This document shows positions 23,819-35,874 of a stretch of DNA of 64,000 nt, piece by piece (position 1 is the stretch's first letter; the number at the start of each line of letters is the position of its first letter). Origin of the DNA: Octopus vulgaris (Eukaryota); contig OX597816.1 of the NCBI GenBank assembly GCA_951406725.2, positions 121,520,001 to 121,584,000 of the forward strand. Reading direction: 5' to 3'. A program made the translations under genes and the position numbers. Under the pieces are notes generated by a model. The model was not told the origin of the DNA, did not search any database, and saw only the letters and a list, made by a program, of their open reading frames with translations.

Positions 23819-24269
23819 GCGAATCTATATATATATATGCATATTCACATAAAGAAACAATGGTAAGGCGACAGGACGTTTCCTAACCATGTTAAAATTG
23901 TAGTTAGAAGTCTCCAATTATGTCTTTAACACACCTTTCGCATGCTTCAATAACCAGGTCTATTTACGGCCACAAACTCCCACGCCTAACGCATTTGTTA
24001 CCTTTTGTATAGAGTCTTGGGCAGGGCAAAGATTCATTATCTTTTCATTTTTTTTTCCTGCTTTTTTCTTTTCACGTTTCCTTTTTTATTTTTCTAAAAC
24101 ATGGAAATGAGTGCGTAATTCAATGTACACAGGTACACGTGCGCGGGTGTGTGGGTGTGTGTGTGGGCGTGTGTGCGTGTGTGCGTGTGCCTCAAGCAGT
24201 CAATCTATCATCTCTTACTCACTCCATACAAAATACATACATGATACATACACACACACACACATATGA

Positions 24270-24372
24270 ACTCCTACTGCGTGGTACCTTGGGCAAGTGT
24301 CTTCTACTACAGCCTCAAGCCGACCAAAGCCTTGCGAATGGATTTGGTAGACGGAAACTAAAAGAAGCCTGT

Positions 24373-24456
<84 letters not shown>

Positions 24457-24495
24457 ATAAGTGTGTGTGTTTGTCCCCCCATCATCGCATGACAG
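24270..24495 (+). mobile_element. SINE family A fragment interrupted by a Tx1-like LINE
   Basis: Head, then (TA)n, then the start of the tail (ttgtccccccatcatcgcatgacagccga), followed by LINE sequence. Confidence 0.7.
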
Positions 24496-24496
24496 C

Positions 24497-24990
24497 CGAC
24501 GTGTTGTCACACTTAGGCAGAGTACAGCTATCAGCTGAGTCTATAATAAAGATTGTGCCACCAACCGGACTCTCAAAGGAAGATGAGGCATGTTTTCTCT
24601 GTTCAGTGGCAGTGTTGAAAGAGTGTGTGTGTGGAAGACCAGATTGCAAGGCCTCGTGACGGAATCCTTCATCTTGGCCCTGGTTTGCTGACATACTTCA
24701 GATACCATCTGGAGAGTAAGATAGGGCTGAAGAAGAGATGCCTGTCGCGAGGTGTGTTCGAGAAAAGATGGAAGGTTATAGTAAGAAAGGCGGGTGTAAG
24801 TGACCCTGCTTAATCCTCGTGGGAAAAGGAAAAGGTATAGTCACTGGGCTTTTCAGACCATCAGGTTTAATCCCCTCACCAAAGTCAAATTTAATTATAT
24901 ATCATTCAATATTTTTAAAAACTAAATATCATACGAACTCATAATAAAAATAATTGTTTGTATTGTCTTGTTTTGTCCCCCCTATGTATG
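24497..24990 (+). mobile_element. Tx1/L1-clade LINE 3' fragment
   Basis: LGRVQLSAESIIKIVPP...FRYHLESKI...FEKRW is homologous to the 16950-17230 segment (VGRVGLSTESFVNIVVPP...FKYHLKRKV). Confidence 0.75.
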
Positions 24991-25474
24991 ATATTAATTA
25001 TTCTAATTTTTAAAAAATCATCTCTAGCAGAAAGGTGTCCAGTACTAAGGAAGGGCAAAATAGACTGGTCTTGCAGACCACATGGCAAGCTTCTTAGCCA
25101 CACAGCTACGGCTATTTCACATATGGTAATATCGTGAATGGAAAGTTTTCGATTGATAGATTATGAATGTAGTAAATAGGTATACTTTCCGGTAAACTGA
25201 AGAACTTAATTTGTCCACATGATGAACTTATCATTACCAAGCTATTTTCAACGGTATTTGGAAACCGCTCCTGGAGCTTATACAAAATAAGCATTATACA
25301 CCCAGTTTCAATCAGCTGAAGATTGCGAACAAGAAACTCTGACTAGCAACTCACATAGACCCAGTGTATGTAGTGTTTATATTTATAGGTGGGCAGTTGC
25401 TGACTTATATGTCTATTATTCGGAATTTCAAGCAGAGAAAACGTATATAATCGGTTAAATTTCCGACAACATTG

Positions 25475-25690
25475 GCTTCAAATTTTGGCACAAGGCAAAC
25501 AATTTTGATGATGAGAGATAAGTCGACTTCATTGAGCCCAGTGATCAACTGGTACTTATTTTATCGAGCCCGAAAAGATGAAAGGCAAATTCGATCTCAG
25601 AAGCATTTGAACTCGGAACGCAAAGCCGGATGAGATGCCGCTAAGCATTTTGTCCGGCCTGCTAACAATTGTGCTGGCTTGCCGCTTTTG
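25475..25690 (-). mobile_element. SINE family B
   Basis: Reverse complement of the family B consensus. Confidence 0.75.
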
Positions 25691-26231
25691 CCCCGACAAT
25701 ATCGCTGATAACTGGTCGATTAAACACGGATTTTTAGTGTCTGTGAAACGGAATTAATTAATTAATTAATGATAATTTGATTATCAAAGTAGCCCTGCTC
25801 ACATATTTATGTAACCAAAATATGTGCTTGGTTATTTGCAATGTTTTCACCATCAGTAACCTCAGCAGTGTTAGATACGGTGACGAGGGAAAATATCAGA
25901 AGCTGACATCATTTTGTTGTCAATGTATAATGTCTGTTTAAAAACAAACCGAATTAACGAAGAAAACAGTTATTGCTTTACATACCGTTTAATAAGATTT
26001 GTCTCCCTTCGAAATAGATTCATAGTTGATCTGCGACCCAAACGATTTTTTCAGTTTTGGAGCTCATTCCAGAATGCTTATGAAACTTAGGTCTACAGAC
26101 GTGTGAGGAGTTTATGACAAGGTGAACAATAATTTATTTATCTGTTTGGTTTCGTTCTCCCGTGTCTTGCAGAACTAACAAAATGCCGGACTGTATTATC
26201 TAGTTTAAACTCTCTAAATTCTGATCTAGAG

Positions 26232-26560
26232 TAAAGAGTAAAGACCCGCTTCAGTCATGAATGACCATGGGATTGCACCTAGAAAGTTACCCTCCAAGGT
26301 ACAAGTCTGGGCAAGGTTGTTTTATGGAAGATCAGCGGTCGCCCCCTCCCCATGCCACATACGTTATCCATGGGAAAGGCAAAGGCCGATACAGCTTGGC
26401 ACTAGTGACATTGCAATTCATTTCCACAGCTCAGTGAACTGGTGTAATGTAAAATAAAGTGTCTTGCTCAAGAACACAACACACAGCCCGGTCCGTGAAT
26501 CGAATTCACTACCTCATGTTTGTGAGCCCGACGTTCTAACCACCGAGCCATGCGCCTTCG
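26232..26560 (-). mobile_element. SINE family C
   Basis: Reverse complement of 7495-7805. Confidence 0.75.
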
Positions 26561-26634
26561 CATCTAATACTCTGGATTTTCTCAACGGATTAATAGAATC
26601 ACTAGAATTCTGAATAATATGATTGTTGGCATTT

Positions 26635-26815
26635 AATTGTTCTTGTTTTGCTCCAGGCCAGACCTTATCAAGCGAACCTATTCATCAAAGAGCCGTCAAC
26701 ATCTTGTATTTTCAGACATAGGTTATCTCAGACTACATTATCCATTCCTTTTTAAAGATATAGGTGTATTATGAGAAGAAATTTGGTTGTTATTTCTAAC
26801 AGGTTGAGACATTCC
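26635..26815 (-). mobile_element. family H element, decayed
   Basis: ccaggccagaccttatcaagcgaacctat...atcaaag...atttggttgttatttctaacagg. Confidence 0.6.
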
Positions 26816-28225
26816 AGATACGACCATCTTGTATTTTATCTTAGTGTATCTCAGATTACATTATTTAATGTATCATCCAGCTGCTAAAACAGTCGGGTGT
26901 AATTTGAAGATTATTCTGTTCTTTCCTGCAGTTAGTGCCACCTGGTTGCAGCTTTTTCGTTGGAGGCAAAGGTGTGGTGGAAATGATTGCCGGATTAAAG
27001 GTTCTTTCGTTAAAGGTAGTGGTTGCAGAAATAATTGCCGAACTAATGACCCGCATTTTGGAGGTGGTGACGAGGTGGGTAAATGGCATCTTTTTGGCGG
27101 TGGTGATGCAGCCGAAATGGCTCCTTCGTTGGAGGCTGTAATGTAACCTAAATAATTGCCGAACAAATAGCTGTCTCTCGTTTGGATGCGGTGGTGTAGT
27201 TGAAATGACTGACGGACGTTTGGTTCCTTCGATGGCGGTTATGATATGGTAAAAGTGATGACCTAATTAAATACTTTGTGGTATTTAGTTAGGTCTGTTT
27301 ATGTCCTGAAATTACATAATCCCTCCCTGTGGTCAACTTTGCCTTTCAGCCAATCGAAATCAATAATATAATTTCTAATTTTGGCACAAGGCCAGCAATT
27401 ATAGTGGGAGGGGCAAGTCGATTACTGTGACCCCCAGTATTTGACAGGTATTTTATTAGCATTTCATGTTACCAGACTCTGTCTAAACTTTCAAAAATGC
27501 AATACGCCCGTAACTTGGAGAACGCTTGTATTCGCATTTGTTACGTCACGAAATAAATAAAAAATGAATATAACAGAATCTTTTAGTTTTTAGGTGGCTA
27601 GCATGTTTCTTTTCACTATCTAATTGCTTTTAAATTTATAAATTTTTAATTCTTAATAACTAAGAATACCAAAGGAAGGGTGGCAGACTTTTCAAGGATG
27701 GTTAACTACTCCTTGCCCCTCCTTGTTTACAGCTATTCCAGTTATAAACTAGAATTTAATTTTTGCAACAATAGACTTCTTCTTCAGTTTAGTGGTTTTG
27801 TACCAACCAATCAGAAATCACTGAATTCGAAAACGCTGTAATCGGATTATTCCTATAAATATAATTTAGCGTGTAATGATACAAAAACATAACCTAAAAC
27901 AAGTTTTGAGTGCCATGTTTCAAATTACGTATATAATAAACAAACAGAAAAGTAAGGAAAATAAATTAAATATTCTTCTGTGGAGGTATCAGATTTTTCT
28001 AGTAATTAAATACTTTCACAGATATGGGCAGAATTATTAAAGCGTCAGATAAAATGTCTTGCGGCATTTGTTCTTTACAGAGTTTAAATTCTACGAGGAC
28101 AACTACTCTTTTTTCATTCTCCCAAAGTCGATAAAATAAAGTACCAGTCAAAATACTGAGTCAATATAATCCACTATTTTCTCTCTTTCCTCCTCACAAT
28201 TTTGGCCTTTTGCCAACGTAATTTA

Positions 28226-28266
<41 letters not shown>

Positions 28267-28323
28267 GAGTGAGCGAGCAGAGCATGCCATCAAAGTGACA
28301 CTGGGGTAAAATATACGAAGCCC

Positions 28324-28354
<31 letters not shown>

Positions 28355-28738
28355 AGGCAGCGAGCTGGCAGAATCATTAAAGAGCCGGGCGACATGGTGA
28401 TCTCATATCAAGATAAACAGCACATGACCTTGCAGGTGGAGCCCAGTTAGAATTTTCTTCAGATCGAGTAACCATCCCGCTCAAAGGTCCCTGAATAAAG
28501 GTTGTTTAAGGACGTTGAACGAAACACCCATGTTTCCAGAGGTGAATTATTCAAACCCCAAAGAATCCTTCTCAACACATGGCTATGATGCTCCCCCACT
28601 ACTTCTACTCGTGATCAGAGATGCACATATCGTCAGCCACTAAGGGACATGCTCAACTGGTTACGGTCAAACAACTGACAAGCAAATCTGTGGTATTGAG
28701 CAGAATATTTGCTGTAGCCATCTTTTATACCATTATTA

Positions 28739-28769
<31 letters not shown>

Positions 28770-28782
28770 TATCATTATCATT

Positions 28783-28843
<61 letters not shown>

Positions 28844-28852
28844 ATTATTATT

Positions 28853-29030
28853 AAGGCAGCGAGCTGGCAGAATCATTAAAGAGCCGGGCAAAATGCTTAG
28901 CGGCATTTCGTCCGTCTCGACGTTCTGGGTTTAAATTCTGTCGAGGTCGATTTCTTTCATCTTTTCGGGGTGGATAAAATAAGTACCAGTTGAACCCCCT
29001 AAATTGCTGGCCTTGTGCCCAGATTTTGAA
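28853..29030 (+). mobile_element. SINE family B after (TAT)n
   Basis: Head and core are present. The first 37 bp are duplicated at 28354-28390. Confidence 0.8.
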
Positions 29031-30387
29031 TTATTATTATTACAAAGGCATCGTGGCAGATTTTTTTAGCATGTCGGACAAAGCGTTTGGCGGCTTATTG
29101 GAGTATTGAACAAAATACATTAGAATAACGAATTGCGTCATTGCATGTTCTGCCGTTTCGACTTACTTTCATCCTTCTTGGTTTTCTAAAACTAGGGTCG
29201 ATTTCAACGATTGCATTGGTGCCACTTTAGTGTGTAATTTAACCCTTATTCTAAACATTAACTGTAACCCTTATTCTAAACATTAACTCTTATCTTAAGT
29301 TTAACCCCAAACTCAAACATTAACCCTAAATCCTAACCCTTACCTAACCCTTGTCCTAAATCTCAACCTAAATCTTAAACTCTAATTCCAAACCCGAACC
29401 CAGATCAGCCCATTTCACAGTGTAGATTACAGATACTGCAGTAGCCCTCTCGCTAAAGTAATGCCGTTATATTTCTCTCCTGAAATTTGTGATCCTGTAT
29501 CTATATTTTAAAAAATAAAAAAAATACGATCTTTAAGAATCTTTTGCATCACAGAAAACTCATGACTTGGAAATCATCTTATTAAGCTCTTTCAGTATTT
29601 TAGGGAATACTTCTTAGGACAACATTATCCAACGTCTCCTTCCCTTTCCGAAGAGGGTTGAGTGTGATTGAGAGTGATTTGGTCGCTATTTCTTACTGGT
29701 CGATAGTCACCACATTTCTGGTAGTTGTGTGGGAGTCTTGTATAAAGTTAGAATAGTTGCTTGTGCACCAGTATTTGGATGATGAACAGAAGAGAATGTA
29801 AGTTTGATATCAAGAAAACGGTCTTGTAAGGTAAAGCATGAAAATAATGGGTGACTGGACGGATCCATGTGATACCCTATTCAGAAAATTGTAAATTCTA
29901 GGAAACGTTCATTTTACATACTTTATAAAGGTTTAGCAAAACGACAGGTAATTTAATAATAATAATAATTGTGTACAGTGCTCAGGTGCACTACAACTCA
30001 TCTAAAGTGTATATATAATCAGGTGTAGTTTCGGCGGATTTCGGAAAGCATGAGGGCCTTAAAGGATGCAGTGTCATGCATTTGCTAGATAACAGAATTT
30101 TATATCACTGTTTCTTAATGTGGTGCCGAATAAGGGACTGCAAAGAAGAGCTGGGGTGTGAGGGTGGGGCCTTTTCCGTTTCTTTCCTTTTTTTCTTTAA
30201 ACCGTCACGTACGTTGAGTGGATTGACTTGAATCAATGGTGTGTTATGAGACGGGTTAGGGTTAGGGTTAGTGATGTCAAATATTAGCCCTCGGTATCTC
30301 TGGGGTGTTAAGTGTGTTATTGTCTGTTAGCAACTTGTTGGGATGTCTGTGTGAATATGTACTGTAAGTCAATGTGTCTGCTGTCTT

Positions 30388-30911
30388 CATGTATGTATGT
30401 ATGTATGTATGTATGTATGTATGTATGTATGTATGTATGTATGTATGTATGCATGCATGCATGCATGTATGTATGTATGTATGTATGTATGTATGTATAT
30501 ATGTATGTATGTATTATGTAAGCATGTATGTAAGCATATATGTAAGTATATATGTATGTAAACATGTATATATGTATGTAAGCATATATGTACATAAGTA
30601 TCTATGGAAGCATGTATGTATGTATGTACGTATGTATGTATGTATGGAAGCATGTATGTATGCATATAAGCAAGTATGTATGTATGTATGTATGTATGTA
30701 TGTATGTATGTATGTATGTATGAATGTATATATGGAGGCATGTATGTACGTATGTATGTATGCCTGTATGTATAAATGTATATGTATGTATATGTATGTA
30801 TCTATGTATGTATGTCTAATATGTATAAATGTTTAATATATATATGTATATGTCCATGTATGAATGTTTGTGGGAATACATGTATATCTGTGTATGTATG
30901 TGAACGTGTTC

Positions 30912-30953
<42 letters not shown>

Positions 30954-30965
30954 CGTGCGTGTGCA
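30388..30965. repeat. (ATGT)n-derived and (GT)n microsatellite
   Basis: Directly visible. Confidence 0.95.
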
Positions 30966-31076
30966 GGTGAGAGGTAAAAAATGTAAAGGAAGATTTGTCT
31001 TCCGGTGATAAAGAAGAGCCTTTGTACGAATGTGTGCGTGTACCACTGTACATGCATGTGTCAGCATGTATGCGCG

Positions 31077-31111
<35 letters not shown>

Positions 31112-31250
31112 TTCGCAGAAAGTGAGTGAGAGAGAGTGAGTTATAAGAACGGAAGTTCATAAAATCTACTGTTGTTTTGTTGTTTTTCTTCCTGTGAACT
31201 ATATTCGTATGTATGCGTGTGTGTGTAGGTGTGTGATAATCTGTCTTCAT

Positions 31251-31590
31251 GAGAGAGAGAGAGAGAGAGAGAGAGGACTAGAGAGAGAGAGAGAGAGGAT
31301 TAGAGAGAGAGAGAGAGAGGGCTAGAGAGAGAGAGAGAGAGGACTAGAGAGAGAGAGAGAGGACTAGAGAGAGAGGACTAGGGAGAGAGAAGACTAGAGA
31401 GAGAGAGAGAGGACTAGAGAGAGAGAGGACTAAGGAGAGGGAGGACTAGAGAGAGAGACAGGACTAGAGAGAGAGAGAGGACTAGAGAGAGAGAGGACTA
31501 GAGAGAAGAAGAAGAAGAAGAAGAAGAAGAAGAAGAAGAAGAAGAAGAAGAAGAAGAAGAGGAGAGGGGGACTAGAGAGAGAGAGAGAGA
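31251..31590. repeat. (GA)n-ggacta minisatellite plus (GAA)n
   Basis: Roughly 13 recurrences of (g)gacta separated by variable (GA)n runs. Confidence 0.9.
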
Positions 31591-31893
31591 ATTTATGTAA
31601 TGTGCGTGTGTGTATGTGTGTGAACGAGAGAGAAAAGGCAGTTGGGAAAAGAACTCTATACATATCTGTGTGTCTTAGTATGTCCGAAATGGTAAGTGGA
31701 ACATGTGCACATATGTGTATGTATGTATGATTGTGCGTAAAGTTCTATGTGTGTGTGTGTGTGTACGTTTGAGTTTACAAACAAACGGAAAAAAGTACTT
31801 AATACACAAAAAGTTACGTGATCAGTCGTATTCTTCGCGAAACGCTGAGTAGTATCAAAGAGTAATCTCAGCAATACTGTCTGTGGTGGGGGT

Positions 31894-31939
<46 letters not shown>

Positions 31940-31955
31940 CGTGTGTGTGTGCGTG

Positions 31956-32033
<78 letters not shown>

Positions 32034-33739
32034 GTTTCCGAGGTTGTGTAACTGTGCCGACATGAAGTGAATTAAAACAATAATATCTCTGTTGGCGAAG
32101 GAAATACATTTTTTATCGAATCACACCATCGAAAGTGAGCACCACCACCAACACTACCGACACCTATACAACCACCACCGCCAACGCCACCACTACCGAC
32201 ACGTATACAACCACCACCATCAACAACAACAACTCCAGCACAGCTACCAACTCTCCTACCACTAATAACAACAACAACAACAACAACACAATCACCAACA
32301 TCACCACCGCCTCCATCAGTAACAGCGCCAAGAACTTCACCGGAAGTAAGAATAATGTAGAATTTATATACACATGTCAATAGTTTAATTGTGCATGATC
32401 TTTAAAGTGGTGGAAAGTTCTCGATGAATAGAATCTGAAACACAAGTTCGATTCCTTTCCTCAGTTAGAGCATTTCATTTCACATCTCCCTAGTAAGTAT
32501 CAGTAATTCTTGGATGCATAAATATGTTCCAGCCCCTAACTCCTCTTTCCTTTCTTTTTTTTTCCTACCAATGCTAGAACGAACGATCATTACTCTTCGA
32601 AGGTAACTATTTAGGTAGCTACTACCACCTCCACTCAAAGCTCACATGCCACACTCAACTCTCTTTATCTCATCGTCCATTCAGTGTGTCCTCATTTATC
32701 TGGAACACACAGTAACCACTATGTTGTTTCTTCCAGGAACGACAACCCTCTTAACTTCTACTCTTGCCCACATTCTTCCTGTAATTAGTTTACAGAGGTT
32801 CATGCTGAACATCCACAATATTAGTCCCACCGGATTCGTGGGTTTGTACGTGTTCTCCGAAAATATTTGGGCCGTCCATAATTTTCTGAATAAACCCTAG
32901 AAAGGTGAATGGATGAGAGAGCCCTTACGTTGTGACTCAGCCAAATCCCCTCCCCTTGCACAAAATACACTTTATTGTTTGTAAAAAAAAATAAGGACGC
33001 AATACGTTTCATCACAGACCTGCTTATCTATGATGAATTAGGGTTGATTAGGGGTTAAATTACAAGAGTGGAACTACCTAGTCACTAAACTATAATGAAA
33101 ATTACCGAATAGTGAATAGACCCTTAAATCTTTAATAGGTCTCTCTAGTAGTATCGGGGTAAGATGTTTGGTTTATGACAAGGCTGACCCTTTGAATTAT
33201 ATAAGTAATCTATTTTTTATGGTTTTATTCAGGAAGAAGGGATTGTACCCGTAATGTATTTAAGATTTCCAGAGACTGGTAGGAATCGTTGCGATTGAGG
33301 CTTACGTAAAATAGCTACGATTCGCTTGTTGTGGGGCGAAATGTGGGCGAGAAAGGTAGGCGGTCAGAGAGAAAGGATTGGATACTGAGGTTACCATACC
33401 ACCGCCACCATCAACAACAACAACGCCCCCACAATACTTTGCAAGTTCTCACTTAAATAGAAAATATAATTTCTAAGAAATGCAGTTAATACTAAGCATT
33501 TGTCAAACATTTGACAACACTATGCATTTGTCAAGCATTTGTCAAGCCCACTTGTAAAATAATGATTCATTAATTTTTATAATTTTTTTTGCATATTTTG
33601 GTAAACGTTCAACTACGAAGTTTTTCGCGTGTAAACTGTCACCAATCAACTAGGACAACTTCTATGATATCAATATTTTCTCTCTTAGGGAAATATTACG
33701 TAGCGCTGGATTTCGGTAGATTTGTTACTTTATGTTCTA

Positions 33740-35029
33740 GGAGATGCATTCCAGAAAGATTGAAATTTCTTCAGGAGTCAGGAGAGAGACACTTACGAAT
33801 TTCAAAGAAGTAGAAAACTATATTCTCCTCCAAAATAGCATCCTCTGACTTCAGTGTAGTTGTTATAGTACTCCAGCCATTTCGTAAAGACTCCATGGAA
33901 TTCTTCCAAGATGAAGATACCCACAACCCTTGTTACAGCCTCCTTTATCTTTTCAATGCCTTTAAAACGACTTTCCCCGAGGTAAGAGAACAACCAAAAT
34001 TCACGGGGAGCAAAGTTTGAACAGTAGGGAGGGTGTGAGGGACGGTTTTGAGGCCCATCTCTGTCAAGTGGTAGGTTACCAGGATGGAATTGTGGGCTGG
34101 TTCATTGTCCTGGTGCTGATGTTACCGATCCGACTGGAAGAGCTTTGGGCTTTTGTGACGAAGTCTCTTCCCGAACTCCCTGAAAACCTTCATAAAATGC
34201 TCTTTGTTGATCATCTGGCTGGAAGGAACACAATGTATGTAGGTGATGCCATTGCTGTCGAAAAAGGGGATCATCATGAGCTTCCCGGTGGATTTTGCTT
34301 TGCCTAGTCTTCTTGAGTCCGAAGGAGCCAGGATTCTTCCATTGTGCACTCTGCCTCATGTGCTCTGGATTATAACAGTAGATTGAGCTTTCGTCACGGG
34401 TCACTAGATACTCAAGTACTCTTGGATTGGAAGTAATGAGCTCAACTACCTCCCTACTGTCACCAACGCGTCTTTGAGCACCCCGGGAACAAACTTTGCA
34501 TACATTTTACACGTGTTCAGATCTTCATGAATAATTCTATGTACAGTCACCACTTTAAACCATATGTTTAATGTCTTTATAGACACACGACGGTCTACGT
34601 CACAAAAATGCGAATTTTCTCAACCAGCTCTGATGTTTCGTTGTCCCTCTCCCTCCCAGACTTCCCATCGTCTCTCACATCCTCTTGTGCCCTCGAAAAA
34701 CAGATGCTCAGCTTATAAAAATTTATCCATAAGCACTCTGGAGGATTTCACAAGTTTCTGTGAAGTTTTTTCTTGATTTAACACAAAATTTTATTGCATA
34801 GCGAACTTACAAATTGTTTTCACATCCTGACTGCATTCTGAAGACTAGTCAGCTATGATAAGCAGTATTTAGTAGAATGTGTTCAAAGTGTTGCTACAGT
34901 CGTCTCCAATATAAATAAAGTAGTTGGCAGGTCAGCTTATTAGAAGTATAGTAAAGATATACTCAAATTACAACTATCTAGGACAGTTGTCTCTCATAGA
35001 AAGTCTTAAATTTTCTGGAATGCACCTTA
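33740..35029 (-). mobile_element. full-length decayed mariner (DD34D) transposon, 1290 bp
   Basis: TIR core TGCATTCCAGAAA at both ends with flanking TA. Transposase remnants TRDESSIYCYNPE..RQSAQWK, GKLMMIPFFD and HQDN.PAH, with frameshifts and stops. Confidence 0.9.
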
Positions 35030-35169
35030 TAAGTTCAAATCTTGAATGGCTCAACTTTGCCTTTCATCCTTCCGACGGTCGTTGTCATGCTTACCAGTGA
35101 AAGATTGGAGTCGATATAATTAACATCTACCCCTAAATTGGTGTCCTATGCTAAATCTGTATTTTGGCT

Positions 35170-35320
35170 CGCTGTGTGGTAAGTAGCTTGCCTACCAACC
35201 ACATGGCTCCGGGTTCAGTCCCACTGCGTGACACCTTGGGCAAGTGTCTTCTACTATAGCCTCGTGCCGACCAAAGCCTTGTGAGTGGATTTGGTAGACG
35301 GAAACTGAAAGAAGCCCGTC

Positions 35321-35400
<80 letters not shown>

Positions 35401-35610
35401 TTGTGTGTCTGTGTTTGTCCCCCCAACATCGCTTGACAACCGATGCTGGTGTGTTTAGGTCCCCGTAACATAGTGGTTCGGCAAAAGAGAGCGACAGAAT
35501 AAGTGCTAGGCTTACAAAGAATAAGTCCTGGGGTCGATTTCCTCGACTAAAGGCGGTGCCCCAGCATGGCCGCAGTCAAATGACTAAAACAAGTAAAAGA
35601 GTAAAAGAGT
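35170..35610 (+). mobile_element. SINE family A, complete
   Basis: Head, internal (TA)n(GT)n, and a tail ending aagtaaaagagtaaaagag. Confidence 0.88.
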
Positions 35611-35874
35611 TTACATGTATTTATTAATAAGAAAAAAAAACCCACCCAAAACGGCGTTTTATTTGTGTTAACACTTTCTGTAATATTTGTAAAAAGAAAA
35701 AAGTATCCAATTGATCTTGTGACACTTTCTTACCATGACGAAATCTCATGTGATGTTTTATTATCAATTCTTGAACAAGGATTTCATCTGATAAGCTTAC
35801 TATTGAGTTTTGCTCCACGATATTACTCATTGATTGCCGTAGTTTATGAGTGAATAATAAATAACAAAAATATT

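Noticed and set aside
29235-29400. Telomere-like TAACCC repeats (also GGGTTA x3 at ~30252)
   Set aside because: They are short, degenerate and interstitial, so not a telomere.
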